Position numbers and translations under genes: made by a program | Source: a virus | Virus record (IMG/VR): IMGVR_UViG_3300011115_001056 | Location: 68,564 to 132,563 of that record | Length of the DNA: 64,000 nucleotides | Direction: 5' to 3' (one strand) | The notes under the pieces: generated by a model | Databases searched by the model: none | The model's input: only the letters and a program-made list of their open reading frames with translations | What the model was told of the DNA's origin: nothing | Part shown: piece after piece, positions 10,917-21,333 of the stretch | Layout: the number at the start of each line of letters is the position of its first letter | How positions within the stretch are numbered: position 1 is the stretch's first letter

Positions 10917-11999
10917 ATGAAACCTCTTAAAATTAGAGCTCATGGAATGTTTGGAGCAACTCATTCCTGGTCATATACTGTCAGATCCCTTATGATGGAA
11001 TTCCATAAGATGGGACATGATCTGTATGTTACCAGTACTGATGGCTATTCTTTTGCTCCAAAAGAACTATCTCCTTATTTTAATAGAGACATCAATGAAG
11101 CAGATATAGACCTTTGCTATACTTTGCCCAGAAACTTCCAACAATGGTTTAATTCAAAATCAAAGTTAAGATTAGCAATATTCAATTGGGAGTCAACAAC
11201 TCTACCTCCTGAATGGTTAGATTGCCTAAAATATACTGACCTTGTCCTTCCCTCCAGTGAAGCAGTAAGGGATATCTTTATCCAAAATGGTTGGGATCAA
11301 AAAAAATTAGTTACTGTTCCACTGGGAGTGGACTGGGAGGAGTTTTCTAATGCAGCTCCAATGGAGATATCTGGTCTAAATAAGTTTAGATTTTTAAATA
11401 TCTCAATACCTCATCACAGAAAAAACTTAGATGTTCTATTTGATGCTTATTACTCATCATTCTCTGCAAATGATGATGTGTCTTTAATTATAAAAAGTTC
11501 TTTATCTAATCCAAGACATAAATTTGAATGTAATTTAAATGAAATAATAAAATCAATGCAATCTAAACATGGCAAAAAGATGCTTCCAAAGGTGCATCTT
11601 GTGGTAGAAAAACTTCAGGATATAGCCACACTTTATAAGTCAGCAGATTGTCTAGTCAGTGCATCCTCATTTGAAGGATTTGGATTACCTATGCTTGAGG
11701 CCTTTGCGGCCAATCTTCAGGTAATTGCACCAAGAGCCTCTGGCCAACTTGATTTTTTAAATGATCAAAATTCATTCTTGGTCAATGTGGACAAAATTAA
11801 AGCAGGAGACAAATACCAATATTGGAGGCCTGATGAAATATCCACTACCTTTTACCCAAGAGTGGATGAAATAGCACATTCTATGCTAGAAGTTTATAAT
11901 GGAAAAAGAAAGCTCTTTGATGAATCAATAAAAGAAGACTTTTCTTGGAAAAATTCTGCCAATAAGATCATTAATATTTATGAAAATATTCACAAGTAA
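10917..11999 (+). CDS. Glycosyltransferase, GT4-like (GT-B fold)
   Basis: RKNLDVL and SSFEGFGLPMLEAFA motifs. Confidence 0.85.
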   Translation: MKPLKIRAHGMFGATHSWSYTVRSLMMEFHKMGHDLYVTSTDGYSFAPKELSPYFNRDINEADIDLCYTLPRNFQQWFNSKSKLRLAIFNWESTTLPPEWLDCLKYTDLVLPSSEAVRDIFIQNGWDQKKLVTVPLGVDWEEFSNAAPMEISGLNKFRFLNISIPHHRKNLDVLFDAYYSSFSANDDVSLIIKSSLSNPRHKFECNLNEIIKSMQSKHGKKMLPKVHLVVEKLQDIATLYKSADCLVSASSFEGFGLPMLEAFAANLQVIAPRASGQLDFLNDQNSFLVNVDKIKAGDKYQYWRPDEISTTFYPRVDEIAHSMLEVYNGKRKLFDESIKEDFSWKNSANKIINIYENIHK

Positions 12000-12939
12000 A
12001 TTACCTAGGGCCTGGAAGTCTTCAGGAGTCACGGTTAAATCCGACCAACTTGAGATGTCAAACTTCTCATTTATCGAAGAGTATTTTACTTCTAATTCTA
12101 CAAAGTTCAATATAACTATAATTGGCAAAAATATAATTGGAAATGGAGCATTTTCAATCTCCATTTATAAAGATTCATTTTTAGTTTGGCAAGAAGAGTT
12201 CTTTTTTGAAGGGATTTCTTTTTCAAAAAAACAGATTGAAATAGAGGAATCTGTTGGTGAAACATTTAGAATTGTAATCTCTAGAGGAAAACGATCTAAG
12301 GGAAAGATTCTAATAAATCAAGTATTTATTTATCAAGAAAAGAAAAAAGAACTTAAAATAGAAAGCTATCTTGCCGAAGATTCTCCTGATGAAAATGAGC
12401 CAACTTATTTTATTAAAAAAGATCCCGTTTTAATTGCTGAAGAAATAATTGAAAATAAAGAATCTGTTATTAAGGAAGAGATTATCCTTCCGGAGTCTGC
12501 TCCTGTAAAAAAAGAAAGGGTTAAAAGAAAAGCAAGATATTTGAAAGTAAGATTTATAAAAGAAAATACTCCAATTGATAATATGGCTTGTGACCCACCA
12601 GCCATTATTAATCATCTTCTTGAAGATAATGCAAGGCCAACAAAGGATGTCTGGGTTATAATCATTGATTTTAATATCACCAATGATGAAAGGTCTACTT
12701 TTAATTATCTAAATCAAATAAGTTTTGGTAGAGATAAACAAATTTTCTTTGTAAAGCAATCATCTTTAGAGCCAATTGATTTTTCAAAATATGAACATGT
12801 CAAAGTTTTTTCTGAAGATATTCAGATAATAGAATTATTGGAGTCTGAATGGCCTAAGAAAATAACCTTTTTGAAAGAAAATCTTCAAGGAGACTTATTA
12901 AAAGAGGTAGAAAGAATAAGGGATGAGATATCAAAATGA
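11980..12939 (+). CDS. Hypothetical protein, paralogue of 12936..13688
   Basis: 319 aa ORF overlapping both neighbours; shares an N-terminal domain with the next ORF (IGNGAFSISI, ISRGKRSKGKILIN). Confidence 0.6.
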   Translation: MKIFTSKLPRAWKSSGVTVKSDQLEMSNFSFIEEYFTSNSTKFNITIIGKNIIGNGAFSISIYKDSFLVWQEEFFFEGISFSKKQIEIEESVGETFRIVISRGKRSKGKILINQVFIYQEKKKELKIESYLAEDSPDENEPTYFIKKDPVLIAEEIIENKESVIKEEIILPESAPVKKERVKRKARYLKVRFIKENTPIDNMACDPPAIINHLLEDNARPTKDVWVIIIDFNITNDERSTFNYLNQISFGRDKQIFFVKQSSLEPIDFSKYEHVKVFSEDIQIIELLESEWPKKITFLKENLQGDLLKEVERIRDEISK

Positions 12940-13688
12940 TAGTATTTTCTCTTCAAAAGAATAATCTATGGAATGGTTCCGGCTTTGTGGTCAAGCCTGG
13001 TTCATTAGAGTTATTATCATTTTGCTTTGCAGAGCAACAGGTTAAAATTGGTTCTGGAAAATATAGGATAAAAATAGTTGGGGCATCTATCTCCGGTAAT
13101 GGAATTTTCTCCGTGCAATTATTATTAGGCGATAAAGAGGTTTTTTCAAAAACAATATCTTTAAATAGCAAAGCAAATACAGAATCTTCTTTCGAGTTAG
13201 AGTTAAACTCTCCTGGTCCATATAATATTAAAATTCTTCGAGGGAAAGAATCAATAGGAAGAGTTTCAATTAATTTAATTAATTTTATTAAGACAATTGA
13301 AAAGTTACCCGAAGCAATTCTGCCAATAGTTAATGGTGAAGCAAAAGATTTTGAAAAAACATTTGTAGTAATTAATTATGATGAGTTAAACTCACCTTCC
13401 GAAATATCTTCTCTGTTTTTAGACCTGAAGAGTTATAAAAATTGCTTTTTTCTTCTAAAGACATCTCAATCTTTTGTGGAGAAGATAAAGGATGCTAACT
13501 TTAGAATGTTTTTTGAGTGGGAAGATCTTTTTGATTATATTTCTATCTCTAATTTAAAAAAAATTATCTATTTAGAGTCAAATCTAAATAAAAGCATTTT
13601 TTCTAAGTATAACTGCGATATTGGAATTACTAGCCCAATAATGGTTGGTAAAAAAACTCCAAATAAAATATCTGGAATTATATTTTGA
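12936..13688 (+). CDS. Hypothetical protein, paralogue of 11980..12939
   Basis: 250 aa with ATGA overlap; SGNGIFSVQL and ILRGKESIGRVSIN. Confidence 0.6.
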   Translation: MIVFSLQKNNLWNGSGFVVKPGSLELLSFCFAEQQVKIGSGKYRIKIVGASISGNGIFSVQLLLGDKEVFSKTISLNSKANTESSFELELNSPGPYNIKILRGKESIGRVSINLINFIKTIEKLPEAILPIVNGEAKDFEKTFVVINYDELNSPSEISSLFLDLKSYKNCFFLLKTSQSFVEKIKDANFRMFFEWEDLFDYISISNLKKIIYLESNLNKSIFSKYNCDIGITSPIMVGKKTPNKISGIIF

Positions 13689-14719
13689 AAAATAAAACAA
13701 TAAATTTTCACTACATGACTGTTGATAAAAATATTGGCTATGGAAAGGCGTCGGCCAATATGCTTGAAGTTTTTAGGTTGACGGAACATAGGATTAACCC
13801 TGTTCAATCTGGAAGACCGGCTCCTCATGCTGATATTGATTTTTTCCTTAGGCCTCCACCTTGGAATATGGGTAGATCCAGAAGAAAGATTGCTTACTTC
13901 TACTGGGAAGCTACACCACTACCTGATGGGTGGGCGGCTTGCCTAAATACCGTAGATGAGATTTGGGCACCATGTCAATTGGTAGCAGACTGTTGCAAAA
14001 TGGCAGGATTCAAAGGAAAGATTATAATAGTTCCAACTCCCGCAATGCCGATTGACTTTTCCACCGTACCAGAGATGGATATTGCAGGAGTTCCGGTGGA
14101 TTCCTTTAAGTTCTATTCAATATCACAATGGCATAATAGAAAAGGGTGGGTGGAGCTATTAACTGCCTTTTTTGATGAATTTTCAGCAGAAGATAATGTC
14201 TCATTGATTATAAAAACAAATCCAATAAATCATCTTCTTCAAGATGAAATAAAAAAAGATATTTTTAATATAAAGTCTAATTTTTCTTATAAAAAAACAG
14301 CACCACTTGTTGTTATTCCGTCAATTATATCAGAGCAAGAACTATTATCAATTCATAAGTCATCACACTGCTATGTGGCTCCTCATCATGGCGAAGGATG
14401 GGGAATGCCAATTCATGATGCTATATTGGCTGGAAAACAAATTATAGCCACAAAGTTTGGTGGAGTTGTTGAGTTTTTAGATGATGAAGCTTTTCACCCC
14501 ATACCATTTTCTATGATTCCAGTATCAGGAATGGAATGGAATGGAGCATATAATTCCAATCAGAGGTGGGCCCAGCCTGATATCATTGCCTTAAAAAGCA
14601 TCATGAGGGATGTTTACAATAATTTTAAAGTTTATATTAAAAAAAATATGCTAATCAACAAAAATATAGAAAATATATCTATAGAAAAAATAACAAGCTT
14701 AATAAAGAGCATAATTTAG
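13685..14719 (+). CDS. Glycosyltransferase, GT4-like
   Basis: YWEAT, VDEIWAP, RKGWVELL and HHGEGWGMPIHDA motifs. Start uncertain (TTG 13685 or a later ATG). Confidence 0.85.
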   Translation: MKNKTINFHYMTVDKNIGYGKASANMLEVFRLTEHRINPVQSGRPAPHADIDFFLRPPPWNMGRSRRKIAYFYWEATPLPDGWAACLNTVDEIWAPCQLVADCCKMAGFKGKIIIVPTPAMPIDFSTVPEMDIAGVPVDSFKFYSISQWHNRKGWVELLTAFFDEFSAEDNVSLIIKTNPINHLLQDEIKKDIFNIKSNFSYKKTAPLVVIPSIISEQELLSIHKSSHCYVAPHHGEGWGMPIHDAILAGKQIIATKFGGVVEFLDDEAFHPIPFSMIPVSGMEWNGAYNSNQRWAQPDIIALKSIMRDVYNNFKVYIKKNMLINKNIENISIEKITSLIKSII

Positions 14720-14727
14720 GAATTAAT

Positions 14728-15351
14728 ATGGAACAATTTTTAGATCAAAAAGATAATCAATGGCACATTACAATGTGGATGGTTGTGCCGACTGTTAATG
14801 TAAAACATAGCTATAATTTTAGAGTTCATAGTATTACAAATAATGATGGCTCCATCATTCGTGATCCCTCCATATCAAATAGTCATTATGTTTTTGGGAT
14901 TAGTACAAAGTTTTTTGGCAAAAAAGTATTTTTCAATGCATCATTTGATCCACTAGAAATACAAAATGTAAAGAGCTTTAAATTTGGATTCTGTAATGAA
15001 CAGGTCGCATGGCTAAATAACACCTTTGTTGTGTTTGAGAATGATTGTCCAAAAGTAATAAATAATAATGATATAGTTGAAGGGCAAGTCTTAGAAGTGA
15101 AAACTTCAGATACATTAGAAGAATCTTCCTTAGTAAGTGTTGAAGCATCTATAAACATGAATGAATCAGAGACTATATCTGATGATCAAATATCTGCCGA
15201 GGTTATGATATTATCAAACGTAATTCCTGATGATGCTCTAGCTGAAAAAAAAATTGAAGTACCTATAGTGGAGGCAAAAGGTGAGCCTTTTGAGAAAGAT
15301 GTTGTTCAAGTTGCAAAAAAGAAACTTGGAAGAAAAAGAAATAAAGTATAA
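14728..15351 (+). CDS. Hypothetical protein sharing a domain with the N-terminus of the next glycosyltransferase
   Basis: SD AGGA; NFRVHSIT...DPSISNSHYVF...GFCNEQVAW; acidic then basic C-terminal tail. Confidence 0.6.
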   Translation: MEQFLDQKDNQWHITMWMVVPTVNVKHSYNFRVHSITNNDGSIIRDPSISNSHYVFGISTKFFGKKVFFNASFDPLEIQNVKSFKFGFCNEQVAWLNNTFVVFENDCPKVINNNDIVEGQVLEVKTSDTLEESSLVSVEASINMNESETISDDQISAEVMILSNVIPDDALAEKKIEVPIVEAKGEPFEKDVVQVAKKKLGRKRNKV

Positions 15352-15358
15352 TTAAAAA

Positions 15359-16729
15359 ATGAATTATGTTGTTAAAAATAATGTAAATGGAAGCAGATAT
15401 AAACTTATTATATCCGCTACTATTCCAAAGTTACAAATTACAAATATTTTAAACTTTAGAATAAAATCAATTACATTATTAAATAATGAAGTAGTTAATG
15501 ATCCTCAGATAAATAATTCAAATTATATTTTTGAAATAAAAGAAACCCAAATTAATAAAAAAAATGATTTTATATTTGATTTTGATATTACAGAAATGTC
15601 AAATATAAAAGATATTGATATTGGATTTTGTGATGAGTTTGTCAGATGGTATGACCATACTGCAAAAAAAATAAATGTTAATTTATCTCAAGTTAAGTTA
15701 TTTAATAAAAAAGAAAATAATAAAATTTGTATTTTATCTACATGGAACATAAAATGTGGTATAAGCCAGTACTGTAAAAACTTTTATGATGCCCTAATAG
15801 ACAAAGGATGTGCGACAAAAGTATTTTCAAATACTGAAAATTATACTGATATTTTTAATTTTATAAAAACAAATAATGTTAATATATTTATTGTTCAATA
15901 TGAACCATCAATAATTCAAAACTTTGAAGTTTTATTATCAAATATTTTAATATTAAAAAGACATAATAAAAGAGTAAAAATATATTTTGTAATTCACTCT
16001 GAATATAAAGATCTTTTTAAATTAGATGGAATAATTGATGGATTTATTTATCATAAGTCAAATACGTTAAACTTTAAGAATACAAAAGTCAACATTATTC
16101 CGATGGCAGTTCCTATATTTGCTCCAGATAATGAAATCCCTTTTTATAGGCAAAAATATGGAATATCAAATGATACATTTGTTATATCTACTGTTGGATT
16201 TATGTTTGGATGGAAACAACATGCAAATGTTCTGCAGGGTATGGTTCCTATATTAAAACAAAATAAAAATGCAATGATTCAGCTGTTAACATCATTTCAT
16301 TCAATAAATAATGGCGAGTGTATAGAAGAATATAATAAAATACGAAGGGTTGTATCTGAAAATGGCATCGAGTCTCAGGTAATACATGTCACTGAGTATA
16401 TTCCGCAGCAAGAATTAAGCGAAAGACTGTTTCTATCAGACCTTGGATTTTTATGGTCAGGAATAGAAACAACAAGCTCGTCCGCATCATTAAAAGAATT
16501 TGTATCATCAAGACTGCCTGTCGTTAGAACAAACTCATCACATTACCATGATATAGAATCTGGATGTGAGATAACAGGGCAAGATATGGGTCAGTTTATA
16601 TCGGCAATAGAGGGCCTAATTTCAAATAAAGAAAGATTAACTACTTTAAAAAATTATATGAATAAAAACTATGAAGAAATGAATTATAAAAATATAATAT
16701 CTAAATTTTTAGAGGTGTTCGATGTATAA
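15359..16729 (+). CDS. Glycosyltransferase (GT4-like) with an extra N-terminal domain
   Basis: STWNIKCGISQY, ISTVGFMFGWK and SSSASL...SRLPVV motifs. Confidence 0.75.
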   Translation: MNYVVKNNVNGSRYKLIISATIPKLQITNILNFRIKSITLLNNEVVNDPQINNSNYIFEIKETQINKKNDFIFDFDITEMSNIKDIDIGFCDEFVRWYDHTAKKINVNLSQVKLFNKKENNKICILSTWNIKCGISQYCKNFYDALIDKGCATKVFSNTENYTDIFNFIKTNNVNIFIVQYEPSIIQNFEVLLSNILILKRHNKRVKIYFVIHSEYKDLFKLDGIIDGFIYHKSNTLNFKNTKVNIIPMAVPIFAPDNEIPFYRQKYGISNDTFVISTVGFMFGWKQHANVLQGMVPILKQNKNAMIQLLTSFHSINNGECIEEYNKIRRVVSENGIESQVIHVTEYIPQQELSERLFLSDLGFLWSGIETTSSSASLKEFVSSRLPVVRTNSSHYHDIESGCEITGQDMGQFISAIEGLISNKERLTTLKNYMNKNYEEMNYKNIISKFLEVFDV

Positions 16730-17537
16730 GGTTGTTGTTGGTATTACAACATTAAATAATCCTGATATACTTAACAACTGTTTAAAATCAATATACAAAA
16801 CACATGATATGTATAAAGGCTTAGATATAAAAATTTTAGTGATTGATGATTGTAGCTCTGATGAGAATCTAGAAAGGAATAAAGAAGTTTGTGCATCACA
16901 TGGTGTAGATATGTTGATGAATAGACAGAGGCTTGGTGTAGCTAAGTCTTGGAACAATCTATCTAAGCATTTTAAATCTGAAATAGTTATACTTCTAAAT
17001 GATGATGTTGAAGTTTTTCATAATTGGACAGATGTTATGATATATACATTGGATAATAATCCTGAGATTGGAGTAGTTGGATTTAATGCATATGAAGGGG
17101 ATAATAGCTTACTTCCAGCAAATAATGTACCAACTTATATCGAATCAAAAATAATGCTTGGCGGAAATTTACACCCCATATTATCTGCCAGAGGCTTTGG
17201 GTTTGGATTCAGAAAGGAAGACTTTGATAAGATTGGCGGTTTTAATAATGATTATTTTTGTTTTTTTGAAGAAATAGATTTTAATTTATCTATGATGAAA
17301 AATCTTAATAAAAGAAATTGTATATTGTCCTATCCAGTATTAAAGCATACTCATGGTGCTACAACATTCAAGGAGCTTGGAGATCATTCTCTTATTTTTA
17401 AAGAAAGCAAGGCAATATTTGAATTAAAGTGGGGAGTTGCCTGGGAAGATTTAAGAAATTTGTTTCATAATAATAACATACCTAGAATAAAAAATATTTT
17501 AAACGAATGGAACTCTAACTTTAATATCTGGAGTTAG
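16722..17537 (+). CDS. Glycosyltransferase family 2
   Basis: ILVIDDCS, LGVAKSWN, LLNDD and IGGF...FFEEIDF motifs. Confidence 0.85.
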   Translation: MYKVVVGITTLNNPDILNNCLKSIYKTHDMYKGLDIKILVIDDCSSDENLERNKEVCASHGVDMLMNRQRLGVAKSWNNLSKHFKSEIVILLNDDVEVFHNWTDVMIYTLDNNPEIGVVGFNAYEGDNSLLPANNVPTYIESKIMLGGNLHPILSARGFGFGFRKEDFDKIGGFNNDYFCFFEEIDFNLSMMKNLNKRNCILSYPVLKHTHGATTFKELGDHSLIFKESKAIFELKWGVAWEDLRNLFHNNNIPRIKNILNEWNSNFNIWS

Positions 17538-17560
17538 TATAATTAAGTTTTGGAGATATA

Positions 17561-18457
17561 ATGGAAGATTTTGTTACTATAGGAATTCCCACGTATAATG
17601 GTTGGCAACGTGTTGCTAACTTATTAGAAAATATAAAACAAAGAACTGAACAAGATATAAAGTATGATATAGTTATATGTGATGATTCCGGAAGGCCCGA
17701 GCATCGCGAAAAGATAAAGTCAATTTGTGCTCAATATGGAGCAAGATTTATTTTTCATCAGAATAATAGGGGTGTTCCTGCTGCATGGAACACTTTGGTA
17801 AAATCAAGTAATTCTAAATATGTGATTCTACTAAATGATGATATACTTGTTGCAAAAAACTGGTTGAGAGCTCCACTTCATGCAATAAAAGAAAATCCAT
17901 TAGTTGGCTCATTTGGTCTATATTGTTATTTTATAAGTCCAAGCGATGTGCAACCTCTGCTTGCCGGCCCAGATGCAAAAATTATTCCTTTAAATATCAG
18001 ATGGGAGGGCCCAAATCTAATTCTAAACGAAAGGTTTGATTCTGTTCCAACCTCGGCCGGTTCAGCTCCAGGAAGAACAATGTGTCCTACCGGCTGTGCA
18101 TTTGGATTTAGAAGAGAGATGTGGGAGAAGGTAGGAGGCTTTGATGAAAGATATCAGGCATTTTATGAGGAAACTGATTTTGGGGTAGCTTGTGCTGAGC
18201 TTGGGTTTCCCTCTGTACAATTATCATGCCCCGGAAATTATCACATTTGGTCACAAACATTCGGATCTGCTCCAGAGATAAATGCAGGGCAGGTTATGGC
18301 TGATTCAAAAAGAAAATTTCTTGAAAAATGGAGAGCAAGACTTGCAATAGAGATAAATGATGCTCCAGATATTCATCCATTTTTAATGGACAAAATTGGT
18401 CCAATTGAAATATCATGGCTTGATGAAGACCAAAAAGAAAAAACCTGTTTTATATGA
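17561..18457 (+). CDS. Glycosyltransferase family 2
   Basis: IGIPTYN, ICDDS, NRGVPAAWN, LLNDD and VGGFDE...YEETDF motifs. Confidence 0.88.
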   Translation: MEDFVTIGIPTYNGWQRVANLLENIKQRTEQDIKYDIVICDDSGRPEHREKIKSICAQYGARFIFHQNNRGVPAAWNTLVKSSNSKYVILLNDDILVAKNWLRAPLHAIKENPLVGSFGLYCYFISPSDVQPLLAGPDAKIIPLNIRWEGPNLILNERFDSVPTSAGSAPGRTMCPTGCAFGFRREMWEKVGGFDERYQAFYEETDFGVACAELGFPSVQLSCPGNYHIWSQTFGSAPEINAGQVMADSKRKFLEKWRARLAIEINDAPDIHPFLMDKIGPIEISWLDEDQKEKTCFI

Positions 18458-18466
18458 GGCTATTAT

Positions 18467-19708
18467 ATGAAAATTTTATTACTTGAACATCCACAACTTA
18501 CTAACGGAACATGGATGCTATATGAAGGATTAGTTCGTGTGCTCGGAAGAGATGCTATCACAATCTTTCCTCCAAAACCATTATTTGATGGAAAATATCC
18601 ATCAGCCGTCATGAAGCTGATGGATATTAGGTGGTATCGTGATGTATATAAAGATCTTCAAAATCTTCCCGCAGGAATTCCTCCACTATCAAATGGAGAG
18701 TTATTAACTGCAAATGATGATAGAGTTATGATTTCTGCCATATGCCCTGTTCCACCATCACCAGATAAGACAGATCAAATACCAATTGATGAGGACGAAG
18801 TTATAGAACTACTTAACCAAAATTATTATGATTTAATAGTTCTGGGAAATAGCCATAGAGTTCCAACCATTGCATTAGCAAGATTTCGTGATAAGTGTAG
18901 GACCCTACCTCCAATCATTTATTTTGACGCAGGAGAAAGGGATGAGTTTAATGCTCATTGGTGGCACGTATTTAAACCAGCGTTAGTTTTTAAAAATATA
19001 TTAACACCAGAGTTATTATTAAAAAAAGGAACTCCACAGGTTCCATGTGATATATATCCAATGCCGATGTCACATACAACTATATTATCTGATAAATCTG
19101 ATAAATTTAATATAAATATTGATAATTTAAAAAATAGAAGTATTGACTTAACATCTAATTTTGGAAGTACATGGGAAACTAGAAGATTAGTTCAGCAAAC
19201 AGTTGAAAAAACATGTTTATCAATATCAAGAGATAATAGAAAGTTAGTTACAAAACTAGATATATTTACTCAGAGTGATTTACTTAATTCTAAAATTTCA
19301 GTATCTATGAGAGGATCCGGAAGAGATACTGAAAGATACTGGGATATGCCTGCAGCCGGTTGTGCTCTGATTTGTGACGGAACAATGGGTTGTATACATC
19401 CATTTCCTTTTAAAAATAATGAATCTGCAATCTTTTATAAAAATTTAAAAGAACTTGATATAGCTATAAAATTTTTGGTAAATAATGATGATGAAAGAAT
19501 TAGAATTGCACAAAATGGACACAATCATATTAGAAAATATCATAGCGTTGAAGCAAGAGCATTATTTTTTCTTGGTATTATAAACACCAAAATTGGATGC
19601 AATTACTCAGTGGAAAATAAAGATAGGATAAAAAGTCTGATAAAAGATTTAAAGTGGGATTCAGAGCTTCCAGACTGGACAGGCCCAGTTGTAGGTTTTG
19701 ATGAATAA
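18467..19708 (+). CDS. Glycosyltransferase, CgeB/Glyco_trans_1_2-like
   Basis: C-terminal SKISVS.RG...TERYWD.PAAGC and ERIRIAQNGH.HI.KYHS...RA motifs. Confidence 0.7.
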   Translation: MKILLLEHPQLTNGTWMLYEGLVRVLGRDAITIFPPKPLFDGKYPSAVMKLMDIRWYRDVYKDLQNLPAGIPPLSNGELLTANDDRVMISAICPVPPSPDKTDQIPIDEDEVIELLNQNYYDLIVLGNSHRVPTIALARFRDKCRTLPPIIYFDAGERDEFNAHWWHVFKPALVFKNILTPELLLKKGTPQVPCDIYPMPMSHTTILSDKSDKFNINIDNLKNRSIDLTSNFGSTWETRRLVQQTVEKTCLSISRDNRKLVTKLDIFTQSDLLNSKISVSMRGSGRDTERYWDMPAAGCALICDGTMGCIHPFPFKNNESAIFYKNLKELDIAIKFLVNNDDERIRIAQNGHNHIRKYHSVEARALFFLGIINTKIGCNYSVENKDRIKSLIKDLKWDSELPDWTGPVVGFDE

Positions 19709-19744
19709 TGAACATTAATAACTCATTGCAAACTAGGAGATATT

Positions 19745-20470
19745 GTGAATTATAGTGATGTAATAAATACATTGATTAAAAACAATCTAATAACAAAAGA
19801 ATCTGTTGAATATTGGTATAATAAATTATTCTTATCACCACATCCAGAGGGTGGTACGCCGTGGGATCAGGTCTTATGTGACGTATGGAATGAAAAAAAT
19901 CGGGATTCTATTGATTTAATGTCTGACTTTTATGATTCTGATTGTTGCGTCGTGTTTCAAGGCTCAATGTCTGGGTCTTGGGCTGGAAATTCTATAAATA
20001 AAAAAATAGAACCATATATAACTCCAGGCTTAAATGTACTTGAATATGGCTCAGGAGGAGGAAGAGAAGTTGTTAGTGTTTTAAAGTCTGGAGCAAAGAT
20101 AACAGCGTGTGATGTTTCAATAAGATTACTTGATGGAGTAAAATTATTAGCCAAAGAACACGGATATATTGTCGAAACAATTATAATAAAAGATGATGTT
20201 CCAGTTCTGCCAATTGGCTATGATGTAGTAATTACTACAGATTGTTTAGAGCATGTAAAAAAACCAATAGATGTATTAAATACTTTATCAAGATCATTAA
20301 AACAAGGTGGAATCATGTATTGCGAAGTATTTTTTGGTGGGCATGACTTATCTCCATATCATTTAGTTGAAAATAATCATCTTGGTAATGTTGATCTCTG
20401 GAGATCTGTGATGAAAAATGCTGGACTGAAACAAATAGATCAAGAAGGACTTATTTGGGAAAAAGAATGA
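19745..20470 (+). CDS. Class I SAM-dependent methyltransferase
   Basis: VLEYGSGGG, DVVITTDCLEHV and LKQGG motifs; GTG start with SD GGAGA. Confidence 0.85.
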   Translation: MNYSDVINTLIKNNLITKESVEYWYNKLFLSPHPEGGTPWDQVLCDVWNEKNRDSIDLMSDFYDSDCCVVFQGSMSGSWAGNSINKKIEPYITPGLNVLEYGSGGGREVVSVLKSGAKITACDVSIRLLDGVKLLAKEHGYIVETIIIKDDVPVLPIGYDVVITTDCLEHVKKPIDVLNTLSRSLKQGGIMYCEVFFGGHDLSPYHLVENNHLGNVDLWRSVMKNAGLKQIDQEGLIWEKE

Positions 20471-21333
20471 TAACATTTTTTTTAATGAATTTAAAAGGAC
20501 TTAATGTATTAAAGTCTATTATATCATCTGGAAAAAAAAATATAATAAAAGAAGTTATTTCATCACAAGATAAAAATGTTATAAATGATTATTATCTTGA
20601 TATAGTTGAGTTATGTGAATCAAACTCAATTATTTTTTTTAATAAAAATAATATAAAAAATATTTCTTTTGATTATGGAATTGCAATTGGATGGAGGTGG
20701 ATGATTAAAAATAATAAAAATTTAATAGTACTTCATGATTCTTTGCTTCCAAAAAATAGGGGATTTTCACCACTAGTAACATCAATTATTTCTGGAGATG
20801 AAAGGATAGGAGTTACGGCATTATGGGCATGCGAAAATTATGATGAAGGAGATATTATATCATCAAGTTTTATTAATATAGAATATCCAATAAAAATTCA
20901 AAAAGCAATTGAACTAATATCGGAATGTTATTCTGACTTAGTCTTATATATTCTTAATATAATAGAAAAAAAACAGGAATTACCGAGAATAAAACAGGAT
21001 GAATCTCTTGCAACGTATTGTTTATGGCGTGATGAGGAAGATTTAAAAATAAATTGGAATGATTCTGCTTCAATAATAGTAAGACATATAGATGCAGTTG
21101 GCTTCCCATATAATGGGGCATATTTTGTATATAATGATTTAAAATATATTGTACATAATGCAATAGAAATTTGTGACAAAAATATAGAAAATAGAACACC
21201 AGGAAAAATATTTAAAATAGAAGAAGATGGAATAATTATTGTTTGCAAAACTGGTCTTGTAAAATTAACAGATATTTTTTTAGAAAATAAAGATAAAATA
21301 ATATTTAATAAATTAAAAGTTAGGTTAAAATGA
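20467..21333 (+). CDS. Formyltransferase (Fmt-like; probable NDP-aminosugar N-formyltransferase)
   Basis: LHDSLLPKNRGFSPL, YDEGDII and INWND...PYNGAY motifs; ATG 20467 overlaps the upstream TGA; lies next to WecE. Confidence 0.8.
   Translation: MITFFLMNLKGLNVLKSIISSGKKNIIKEVISSQDKNVINDYYLDIVELCESNSIIFFNKNNIKNISFDYGIAIGWRWMIKNNKNLIVLHDSLLPKNRGFSPLVTSIISGDERIGVTALWACENYDEGDIISSSFINIEYPIKIQKAIELISECYSDLVLYILNIIEKKQELPRIKQDESLATYCLWRDEEDLKINWNDSASIIVRHIDAVGFPYNGAYFVYNDLKYIVHNAIEICDKNIENRTPGKIFKIEEDGIIIVCKTGLVKLTDIFLENKDKIIFNKLKVRLK

Noticed and set aside
20467-21333. Methionyl-tRNA formyltransferase (translation role)
   Set aside because: Coupling to WecE inside a sugar cluster makes a sugar N-formyltransferase more likely, though this is not proven.
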